Source: an uncultured virus (IMG/VR IMGVR_UViG_3300045240_000158)
Taxonomy: Duplodnaviria; Heunggongvirae; Uroviricota; Caudoviricetes
Virus record (IMG/VR): IMGVR_UViG_3300045240_000158
Reading direction: 5' to 3' (one strand)
Length of the DNA stretch: 20,000 bases
Below the pieces are notes generated by a model. That model had not been told where the DNA came from and searched no databases. It worked only from the letters and a program-made list of their open reading frames with translations. The first letter of the stretch is position 1. Each line of letters opens with the position of its first letter. Made by a program: the position numbers and the translations under genes. Below are positions 7,833 through 15,157 of this stretch, one piece after another.

Positions 7833-7840
7833 GAGCCCTC
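7759..7840 (+). promoter_or_regulatory. Promoter module copy B: palindrome, weak IHF-like site, sigma54-like -24/-12
   Basis: GGGTA-N6-TACCC 7759-7774; AATCGCGGACTTG 7785-7797; TGGTGCGCTACTCGCA 7812-7827; same 38-nt spacing as copy A; ATG at 7841. Confidence 0.55.
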
Positions 7841-8236
7841 ATGACGACGAGCACCGAGCGCCGCGACTTCACCCACGGTTTCGACAAGCTTTTCACAGTG
7901 ACGCTGTGGGGGTCCAACCCCGACGAGACCGACAACGACGATTGCTGGACCGGTGACGACTACGCGACGCGCGAGGAGGCGATCGCCGCCTACCGCGAGG
8001 TCGTGATGTTCCCCGATCACAGCCAGATCGCGAAAGTGTGCGGTCGCGGCGGCTGGGAGTACGTCATGATCGACGGCCCCGAGACGCACGAGGTCACGCA
8101 GAACCCCGATCGTCCGTCGTGCGATCGTCACCGCCGCGAGCTGGCGCGTAGCGATCGCGAGTGGCAGCGCGAGCGCGCGATGGAGGCCGGCATGCTCCAC
8201 GGCGTCGAGGCGTACAACGACGAGATGGCACAATGA
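7841..8236 (+). CDS. Acidic hypothetical protein
   Basis: Start reassigned to ATG 7841; LWGSNPD..NDDCWTGDD...EWQRERAMEAGMLHGVEAYND; strong GC3 bias. Confidence 0.8.
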   Translation: MTTSTERRDFTHGFDKLFTVTLWGSNPDETDNDDCWTGDDYATREEAIAAYREVVMFPDHSQIAKVCGRGGWEYVMIDGPETHEVTQNPDRPSCDRHRRELARSDREWQRERAMEAGMLHGVEAYNDEMAQ

Positions 8237-9192
8237 TCAAGACACCGGCTGCTCAGCTGGATCGTGAAATTGCCGAAGCGTTGAGCGGCTCAGGATCCGC
8301 GACGTTCACGGTTGCCGATCGATTCATGCGTGCCATCAACCGCAGCAACCTATCGGATTCACGCATCGCGCACACCCAACGGGCACTCGACGTGATCCTG
8401 CATGGGAAGCTCGACGGCATGATCTACGGCCCGGAGTACAAGGACGCGAAGGACACCCTGAGTCGCCGATTCGACGACGCGTACAGCGCGCTCCGATCGC
8501 CGTACATGACCGGAAAGGGGCTCACGCCGGACAGTGAATGGGAGGACAAGCTCGGATCGACCTACGGACTGCACAGTGCGATCTCTGTCGCCAAGCGGCT
8601 CGCTAAGCTACCGCCTGCGCCAACGCCGCAGTTCGATCAAGAGGTCCGCGAGTTCTTCGCTGCCACCCAACCGATCGCCGTCATGATCGCCGACCTCAAG
8701 TCCAAGGTGATCAAGGGACGCAAACCGAACCCCGACGTTGTCGCGAAGAAGGCCGCTGTGGCAGCCTCACGCGTTGGTCGTGACGGGGAGTGCCAGATCT
8801 GCCAGCGTCGGCACATCCTTGACAGCCGGGGAAACCTCGTACTGCACGGCTACCAGCGCCCAGGCCACGGCTACATCGTCGGTGATTGCTTCGGCGTGGG
8901 ACACCCGCCCTGGGAGGTGTCGAGCGACGCGCTGGCGACATGGATCGAGCAGCTCAAGGCGCAATCGGGGCAGCTCGCTCAAGAAGCAGATCGGACCACC
9001 AAGCTCACGACAATCAACGTCAACCGCGGCTCAGAGAGGAATCCGAAAATCGTGACGCTGACCAAGGACAGTCCCAGTTTCGTGGGTGAGATCGAGAAGC
9101 GCGTGCGTGCCCTCAAGCAGCAGTCCAAGTGGCTCGCCGACGACGCGACGACTGCGACCCGGCGCCTGAAGACGTGGAAGCCGGCATCATGA
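8233..9192 (+). CDS. Hypothetical protein with N-terminal AAQLDREIAEAL tag and CxxC-H-C metal-binding domain
   Basis: Start at ATG 8233 (ATGA overlap); GECQICQR...LHGYQRPGHGYIVGDCFG followed by predicted coiled coil. Confidence 0.8.
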   Translation: MIKTPAAQLDREIAEALSGSGSATFTVADRFMRAINRSNLSDSRIAHTQRALDVILHGKLDGMIYGPEYKDAKDTLSRRFDDAYSALRSPYMTGKGLTPDSEWEDKLGSTYGLHSAISVAKRLAKLPPAPTPQFDQEVREFFAATQPIAVMIADLKSKVIKGRKPNPDVVAKKAAVAASRVGRDGECQICQRRHILDSRGNLVLHGYQRPGHGYIVGDCFGVGHPPWEVSSDALATWIEQLKAQSGQLAQEADRTTKLTTINVNRGSERNPKIVTLTKDSPSFVGEIEKRVRALKQQSKWLADDATTATRRLKTWKPAS

Positions 9193-9890
9193 CACCCGCA
9201 AAGACCGACAAGCTCGCCGGCACGTGCAGCGTCTGCCTGCGCACGATGCAGCTCCACGGGGACCACCCGATCCGCCACGGTTTCTCCGCGGTCGACGTAC
9301 GCCACGGGCAGCACAGCGGCTACCACACAGGCCCCTGCCAGGGCACGCGCTTCCCGCACCTGGGGATCTCGCCCGAGGGCACGAAGTGGGCGCTCGACAA
9401 CGCACGCGATCGACTGACCTCTGTCGAGACCGAGCTTGCCCGCCTCGCCGGTAACCCTGACCTCACGTGGTACCCGGACACGTTCGTCAGGGGTCGTCCG
9501 ATGAGGGATCCGACGCGCCCGGTCAAGCTTCGTTACGGCGAAGACGTCGCCTATGCGGGCGATGGCCGACCCACGTACGCGTGGGAGCACAAGCGCCAGG
9601 TCACCCGCCAGGAGGACATCAAGAAGGAGCTGGAGAGGGCGATCGGCGCCTACGAGAAGGTGATCGAGACCTGGGCCCCGGGAAAGTACCCGACGACCGG
9701 CGCGGCCCAGAAGGTCGAGACCACGCACATGGCGACGCCACGCAAGAACAGCCGCGGCGAGGAGTGGACCGGCGTGCTTTGCCGCTTCACGAGGAAGGGT
9801 TTCGCGTCGGACAAGATCGTGAAGACCGATGACCCGAGCAAGGTCACCTGTAAGAAGTGTCGCAAGGATCTGGGGCTGCCTCCGCTGTGA
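9189..9890 (+). CDS. Hypothetical protein with CxxC-H-C domain paralogous to the upstream gene, plus C-terminal Cys/His cluster
   Basis: Start at ATG 9189; GTCSVCLR...RHGF...GYHTGPCQG; C-terminal H..C..VTCKKC. Confidence 0.8.
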   Translation: MTPAKTDKLAGTCSVCLRTMQLHGDHPIRHGFSAVDVRHGQHSGYHTGPCQGTRFPHLGISPEGTKWALDNARDRLTSVETELARLAGNPDLTWYPDTFVRGRPMRDPTRPVKLRYGEDVAYAGDGRPTYAWEHKRQVTRQEDIKKELERAIGAYEKVIETWAPGKYPTTGAAQKVETTHMATPRKNSRGEEWTGVLCRFTRKGFASDKIVKTDDPSKVTCKKCRKDLGLPPL

Positions 9891-10108
9891 CGACGAAGCG
9901 CAAGAAGACGCCGTTTCGCGTCGGTGATCGAGTCGTCCGCAACAAGGCCGTCGGCTCAGCTGGAGCGGCTGGTGATGTCGTCGGCACGATCGTCAAGGTG
10001 ACGCCCGTGAAGGCCGGCTCGGGCGGCACCCGCGCACGGATCCGGGTTCACTGGGACAACGGCTACGAAGGATCCGTCGAAGATCGTCAGCTTGTGCGGG
10101 CGATCTAG
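9887..10108 (+). CDS. Small SH3/KOW-like beta-barrel protein
   Basis: FRVGDRVV...GTIVKV...IRVHWDNG...L pattern; GTGA overlap at 9887. Confidence 0.65.
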   Translation: MTTKRKKTPFRVGDRVVRNKAVGSAGAAGDVVGTIVKVTPVKAGSGGTRARIRVHWDNGYEGSVEDRQLVRAI

Positions 10109-10635
10109 ACGACCCCGACGGTCGCCGACACGTCCAGCGGAATCGCGATCGTGTTGGAGCTGACCTCCACATCGAACGTGTCGCCGATCGCGTACGCCAC
10201 CGGCCCCGCCAGCGCGGTCTTGATGCCGGTTTGTCCTCCGGTGTACGTGGTGACGAACCCAGGAACCGCCACGCCGTTCTTGAGCAGCGTGATCGTGAGT
10301 ACGCCGTCGATCGAGACGGTTTCCAGCACGTTGGTGGCGAAGTTGACCAAGCTGCGCGCGATCGCGACAGGGTAATCCGGGGGCGTCGCGATGACAGGCA
10401 CGAGGCCCACACCGACACCCGTGTCAGCCAAGTAGCTGACCACGATACCTTCCACACCAGGCGCGGCTACGCCGGAGAATTTGAGAAGCCCGCCCCCACC
10501 TGGAGCTCCAGCAGGTCCAGTAGGTCCCGTCGGGCCACGATGGCCACGCTTGCCGCGCTTGCCTCGCTCGCCGCGCTCTCCGCCGTCGCCATCGTCTGAC
10601 GTGCAATCAGGAAGGTTGATCTTGATGTCGGCCAT
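10105..10635 (-). CDS. Collagen-like protein with beta-rich C-terminal domain (possible virion surface protein)
   Basis: GERGERGKRGKRGHRGPTGPTGPAGAP = 9 Gly-X-Y triplets followed by a Val/Thr/Gly-rich globular domain. Confidence 0.8.
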   Translation of the reverse strand: MADIKINLPDCTSDDGDGGERGERGKRGKRGHRGPTGPTGPAGAPGGGGLLKFSGVAAPGVEGIVVSYLADTGVGVGLVPVIATPPDYPVAIARSLVNFATNVLETVSIDGVLTITLLKNGVAVPGFVTTYTGGQTGIKTALAGPVAYAIGDTFDVEVSSNTIAIPLDVSATVGVV

Positions 10636-10670
10636 GAAGCTAATGCTAGAGCTTCACGTCCCGTTACACC

Positions 10671-10690
10671 AAAAAACGGCAGGGTGCCCG
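10671..10690 (-). terminator. Weak intrinsic terminator candidate
   Basis: On the - strand GGCA-CCC-TGCC then GTTTTTT, just after the stop at 10694. Confidence 0.35.
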
Positions 10691-10693
10691 CGA

Positions 10694-11419
10694 TCAACCC
10701 TTCTTCCAGCTTGCCGCTGCGATCCGGATCGCCGGGTTGTCCTGCCACCTCCGGCCCGAGGTCCAGCCGAGGCGCGCCGCGAGCGCGGTGAAGTCGCCAT
10801 CGAAGCTCGGGTCACGTTGCGCGTGCTCGAGCAGCAGCTCGACGCCCCTTCGCTTGCGCTGGGCCTTGGAGAGGCTGGGGCGCTCCGCGGCGACCTCCAG
10901 ACCCGCGGGAGAGATCGTCTCGGGCGCGTCGCGCCCACGCCCCTCGATGCTCAGGCGGTGCGCGAGGAGGTACGCTTCGGCGCGCGCGTTTGGTTCGAGG
11001 TAGTGCACGATGACGTGCGGGTTGATGCGGACCATCATCGCGGGCAGATCCTTCGCATCGGTGTAGATCGCGACGCCGGTCGCCCACCGGGACGCACGGA
11101 TGATCGCCTGGAACTCGGCGTCCGCGGACCCCGCCGCGCGGAAGCCGCACGCGCGCGAGGCCAGGATCTCGCCATTTAGGACCGTCCCAGTCGTCTTGAC
11201 CAGCACGAGTCCAGCACCGCCATGCCCGATGCCACTGTGCTGCACGAACGATCCGTCGACCACGAGGGACAGCTTCGCGTAGCCGTGGATCGCCACGAGC
11301 TGCTTGCCGCGCGCGCACTCGTCGCAGTGGACACCACGTATGCCGCACACGCGGCAGCCGCGGTAGCGGTCGCGGCGACGGCGGCGCTGGCCGGAGATGT
11401 CACCCTTGCCGATTTGCAT
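10694..11419 (-). CDS. RNase H-like fold protein with N-terminal Cys4-type motif
   Basis: LVVDGS..GGAGLVL, SADAEFQAI, AIYTD match RNase HI motifs; last motif is AHRLS rather than ADxLA; N-terminal CRVC...HCDEC. Confidence 0.75.
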   Translation of the reverse strand: MQIGKGDISGQRRRRRDRYRGCRVCGIRGVHCDECARGKQLVAIHGYAKLSLVVDGSFVQHSGIGHGGAGLVLVKTTGTVLNGEILASRACGFRAAGSADAEFQAIIRASRWATGVAIYTDAKDLPAMMVRINPHVIVHYLEPNARAEAYLLAHRLSIEGRGRDAPETISPAGLEVAAERPSLSKAQRKRRGVELLLEHAQRDPSFDGDFTALAARLGWTSGRRWQDNPAIRIAAASWKKG

Positions 11420-11425
11420 GGAAGG

Positions 11426-11854
11426 CTAGGGTTCCTCGTCCTTCCAGACGACCGATCGTGCTGTGAGGTCGCGGTTCGTGAAGTACGCCGTCAGCGTCGT
11501 CTGCATCGTACGCCTCAGAATCGCGCATTGGGTTCGGTTGACGCGGTACCAGCCGAAGGCACTGAATAGGCACACGCAGGCAAGCGCGAGTTGCCAGAGG
11601 TGCCAGTAGGCCATGCCCGTGTTTGCGATCGCGGCGACGATCGACCAGACAAAGGCGCGTCGCGACCACCGCTCGGCAGAAGCCAAGCTAGCAACTGCGG
11701 GCGCCTCCACAACGCCGATGTCGTCTGCGAGCGGCTCGCGATTGCCGTCGGCGTAGCGCAGCTCCCCGTCGGTGTCAGCGAACACGGCTCGGCCGGTCTG
11801 GATCGTGGCCATGATCGCGCGATCGCGGCGGTGCTCCCAGTCGTCGTCGGTCAC
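11426..11854 (-). CDS. Hypothetical membrane protein
   Basis: Two hydrophobic stretches AFVWSIVAAIANTGMAYW and LALACVCLFSAFGWY. Confidence 0.65.
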   Translation of the reverse strand: MTDDDWEHRRDRAIMATIQTGRAVFADTDGELRYADGNREPLADDIGVVEAPAVASLASAERWSRRAFVWSIVAAIANTGMAYWHLWQLALACVCLFSAFGWYRVNRTQCAILRRTMQTTLTAYFTNRDLTARSVVWKDEEP

Positions 11855-12408
11855 GACAGCCTCGTGTCGTCGGGACAGATCGGCCCTCGCCCGGTCGACC
11901 AGTGCGGATCATCGTCGGCTATCCGAAAGTTCTGCCCGCAGATCCCACAAACATTCACGATGTCGATCGGTCCGATCTCGTGACCGCCGTCGCAATCTTT
12001 GCCGCGGTTGCACCAGCACGCCTCGCCGGGATCCAGCGTGAAGGGCCGCGGCGCGAGCTTGATGTGTATCGCACCCCTCGGCAAGACGGTTTGCTCTGGC
12101 GGTGTGTAGGGTGGCCGAGGTGCGAGACCTCGATCCTGGAGATGCCGCAGCATGCGCTTGGCGACGAGCGCGCTTCGATGCTCTTTCATCACCTCGATCG
12201 AGTGACCGTGGTACGCGGCTTCGGCTTCAAGGCACGCAGGCTTGCCGCAGTGGCGCCACTGCACGACGGGGTTGGTGACGTGAAGCCCCTCGTGCCAGGC
12301 GATTGTGTCACCGCAGATCGAGCATAGGTAGTCGCGACAACAGCGGCAGATCGTGATCGCGGTGCTTCGCGTGCGGCCCATGCCGCGCGTGTGATCGCAG
12401 CTAGTCAT
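11851..12408 (-). CDS. Cys-rich multi zinc-finger-like hypothetical protein
   Basis: CRCC, CSIC, HCGKPAC, CWC..C..H, CGIC...CPD. Confidence 0.7.
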   Translation of the reverse strand: MTSCDHTRGMGRTRSTAITICRCCRDYLCSICGDTIAWHEGLHVTNPVVQWRHCGKPACLEAEAAYHGHSIEVMKEHRSALVAKRMLRHLQDRGLAPRPPYTPPEQTVLPRGAIHIKLAPRPFTLDPGEACWCNRGKDCDGGHEIGPIDIVNVCGICGQNFRIADDDPHWSTGRGPICPDDTRLS

Positions 12409-13265
12409 GGTGATCTTCCGAGCGCCGCCGCGACGACTGCTCCGAACGTCGCCGTCAACGCCGCGTCAGCGCGGCCGTCGCTCTCGTCGCCGAACGGGTT
12501 CTTGTAGCGCATGATCCCGAGATCGTGCCACGCGCCCTTGCTGTCTTGCTGAAGGACGGTCGCCTCGTTGCGCAGCCACGCCTCGCGGTGCTCGAGGATG
12601 AGCTTGGCCGCGAGGACTTCTTCTTCTGGCGGCACCGTCCAGTCGTGGAAGTGCAGCACGCAGTGGTCGTCGACGTCATAGCAGATCTTCTTGTTGAGCA
12701 CGGCGGTCCGCGAATGCCGGTGCGACAGCAGGTACCGGTGGCCCGATCGTCCTCCCGTCACCATGATCGAGCGATGTTTCGCCCAGTCGGCGTGCTCCTG
12801 CTCGCTCAGGAACGACAAGAGGACGTCGCTCGCGAGCTCGACCGACCCCGGCACGCACGACGGGCAACACGGCGTGGGCCGGGCGACGCTGACGGCCTTG
12901 GATTCGGTGTCACCTTCCGCCTTGGCGATCACCGTCTCGATCGCACCCGTCTCGGCGACCTCCAGCTGGCCGTCTTTGAACGAGACCGCCGTCAGCGTGC
13001 GGTCGGCCGGCTTGGAGATCTTGACGAGCGCCGGACCCACCTTCGTCAGCGGCGCGCCGAGGACGATCGTCCGCGTGTCGATCACGTCGTCCTCAACCAG
13101 CTTCTCCTTCGTCCACTTCTTCTTGCGCGCCGCCGCCATGAACGCTGCGAGCAGCTTCATCTCGTACGGGGTCGGCGCCATGACGAGGAGCTTGCTCGTC
13201 CCCTCCTCGTCACCTGGAACGAGGCGGAAGTCGCCGTTCCAAGAGGGCACGTACCACGCTTTCAC
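12405..13265 (-). CDS. Hypothetical protein
   Basis: Start reassigned to GTG 13265 (GTGA overlap); strong GC3 bias; CCPSC linker; C-terminal domain with GGRSGHRYLL...C..HFHD...PPEEEVLAAKLILE. Confidence 0.8.
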   Translation of the reverse strand: MKAWYVPSWNGDFRLVPGDEEGTSKLLVMAPTPYEMKLLAAFMAAARKKKWTKEKLVEDDVIDTRTIVLGAPLTKVGPALVKISKPADRTLTAVSFKDGQLEVAETGAIETVIAKAEGDTESKAVSVARPTPCCPSCVPGSVELASDVLLSFLSEQEHADWAKHRSIMVTGGRSGHRYLLSHRHSRTAVLNKKICYDVDDHCVLHFHDWTVPPEEEVLAAKLILEHREAWLRNEATVLQQDSKGAWHDLGIMRYKNPFGDESDGRADAALTATFGAVVAAALGRSP

Positions 13266-14026
13266 AGCACGTCCCCGCTGGGAAGGCTGTGCTGACCGTT
13301 CGGCGCGGTGAGGGTTGCCACGATGTTCGGCTGCTCGGCTTCCTTGAGCTGGCGCCGCGCCCGTCCCGCCTCGAACCCTTCGCGGTACGCGGGCGACCAT
13401 GCTTTCGGATCAAGGCCGTAATGACCATTGACGGTGCCTCGCTCGAAGTTGTCCTTCATCGATCCGTCGATGAAACCGTGCTCGTAGCTGTTTTCGACGA
13501 TCTCGGCGTGCGTGATCTTCGGTGGCTCAAACGGCGTACCAAGCAGCTTCTGCTCAAGCTTGGCGGCAACGTCGGGCATCCCCCGATCTCGGGCGTCGGC
13601 GATCGCGGCGACGATCGTGAGCGGATCTTCGTTCTTACGCACCGTCGGCATCAGGGCGAGCAGCTCGCGCATGATGCGCGCGCCGAACGTCTCACTCGCG
13701 ACTTCGGGCGGTAGTGGATCGCTCGGGCCTGTCAGGGACTCCATCGCGCCCTGGTTGTCGGCGACGACGCGCATCGCGTCCTCGACGGTCTTGACGGACA
13801 CCGTGAGCAAGTCCTTCGCGGCGATCGCGAAGTCGTACATGTGCCGCGCGACCTGGAGGTCGAAGGGCTTGCCGTCGTTGTCGAGGATGGCGCGGAGTTC
13901 CGCGCGGAGTGTTTCTGCGAGCCGCTCTGATGCCACTGGTAGTTTCCCTTCGTAGCCGCGCTTGTTGAGCTCTTGGCGCCAGCGCGTCTTGGCGAGCAAG
14001 TCTTGGACGTAGGCTGGGAGCGTCAT
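13262..14026 (-). CDS. Hypothetical helical protein
   Basis: 254 aa, coupled to both neighbours, GC3 bias. Confidence 0.8.
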   Translation of the reverse strand: MTLPAYVQDLLAKTRWRQELNKRGYEGKLPVASERLAETLRAELRAILDNDGKPFDLQVARHMYDFAIAAKDLLTVSVKTVEDAMRVVADNQGAMESLTGPSDPLPPEVASETFGARIMRELLALMPTVRKNEDPLTIVAAIADARDRGMPDVAAKLEQKLLGTPFEPPKITHAEIVENSYEHGFIDGSMKDNFERGTVNGHYGLDPKAWSPAYREGFEAGRARRQLKEAEQPNIVATLTAPNGQHSLPSGDVL

Positions 14027-14232
14027 CGGAAAACCAGCTGCCGGATGCGGCCTTTGTTGTCTTCGACGAGAACCTTGCCCTCGCCCTCGTGCACGTCGTC
14101 GATGAACTTCTCGGTGCTGATCGCCTGCCGCAGCACATCCGTCATCGTGACCCCACGCCTACCGGCCAGCTCCTTCAACACCTTCACGGTGGAGGCTGGA
14201 AGGTTCACGCTCATCTTGACGACCTTGGTCAT
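14023..14232 (-). CDS. CopG-like ribbon-helix-helix DNA-binding protein
   Basis: KMSVNLP..TVKVLKELAGRRGVTMTDVLRQAI strand-helix-helix pattern. Confidence 0.85.
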   Translation of the reverse strand: MTKVVKMSVNLPASTVKVLKELAGRRGVTMTDVLRQAISTEKFIDDVHEGEGKVLVEDNKGRIRQLVFR

Positions 14233-14289
14233 GCGGAAGCAGCCTATACGAATTCCATACGGCTTGCTACGGAGAGATCTCTACGAACC

Positions 14290-15150
14290 TCACGCTCCAC
14301 GTCCTGCCACGTAGCGCGCCCGCGGCTTACCCTGACCGAGCAAGACCCGCTGGTACTTGTCGGTCTCGCACAAGATGTTTGGGACGTCCGAGAAGTCCAT
14401 GGCGACGCCCGTCTCCTGCTCCACGAGAGCGTAGATCGCGCTCATCTCCTGACGCGCCTGAGGCTGTGAGAGGGACGCATCCACGGGACGTTCGTGCAGT
14501 CGGTTGAGCCCGCGAATCGTTCCCGGTCCCGCCGCGGCCCAGGACAACGCGTCGGCTGCGCTGGAGAGTAGTGACGTGAAACGCATGTCGACGACGGCCT
14601 GATAGGCCAAGAAGTCACCCCATCCAAAGGAGCTGGTGATCCGAGCGTGAACCCCCTCAAGCGTCGCACCAGACCAGTCGGTGAATTCGGCGCGGCGGCG
14701 CCAGAGATCGCCGACCACCGTGCCGGCGATGTGCCTTTGCTTGTCTGCGCCGCGGTCATGCGGTGCCGGGATCATGTACGCGCCCGTGTACACCTTATCG
14801 CCGCGTGCCTTGCGCGCGTTGAGCGCGTCCCCCATCGCGATCGGCGAGAAGTCATCGCCGATGGGCCACGCGCCCGGGGCGGCGATCAGCTCCGCTAGCG
14901 TGTCAGGCCAGTTGATCTGGCGCGCCGCGCAGAGCATGAGCCATAGGTACGGATGACCCGCGAAACGATCGCGGATGTGCTGGCGGACCCAGATCGTCAC
15001 ACGATCGTCTTCGCGACGCACGCAACAGAAACGGTAGTCGCGGAGGATCGGATCGGCCGTCCAAGGGAAGGGCTCACCCCGCTCCTTGCGCAGGCGGATC
15101 GCCTCGCGCTCACGGACCCAGCGCCAAAGTGGTGTGTAGTTCGGCGTCAT
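14290..15150 (-). CDS. Amino acid:DNA transferase (aGPT-Pplase1-like, HhH-glycosylase fold), thymidine hypermodification enzyme
   Basis: PWTADPILRDYRFCCVRREDDRVT, YTGAYMI, GWGDFLAYQAVVD, GPGTIRGL, LCETDKY; start at ATG 15150 preferred. Confidence 0.85.
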   Translation of the reverse strand: MTPNYTPLWRWVREREAIRLRKERGEPFPWTADPILRDYRFCCVRREDDRVTIWVRQHIRDRFAGHPYLWLMLCAARQINWPDTLAELIAAPGAWPIGDDFSPIAMGDALNARKARGDKVYTGAYMIPAPHDRGADKQRHIAGTVVGDLWRRRAEFTDWSGATLEGVHARITSSFGWGDFLAYQAVVDMRFTSLLSSAADALSWAAAGPGTIRGLNRLHERPVDASLSQPQARQEMSAIYALVEQETGVAMDFSDVPNILCETDKYQRVLLGQGKPRARYVAGRGA

Positions 15151-15157
15151 CTGCTGG

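Noticed and set aside
10694..11419. Retroelement or transposase from the RNase H fold
   Set aside because: No reverse transcriptase, terminal repeats or target duplications nearby.
11420..11428. TAGCCT as a leaderless -10 for the RNase H-like gene
   Set aside because: The TAG is the stop codon of the upstream gene and lies only 3 nt from the ATG.
811..13295. Long Arg/Ala/Pro-rich overlapping ORFs such as 811-1389, 8979-9728, 10481-11179 and 12525-13295
   Set aside because: Shadow frames expected in high-GC DNA opposite or shifted from codon-biased genes.
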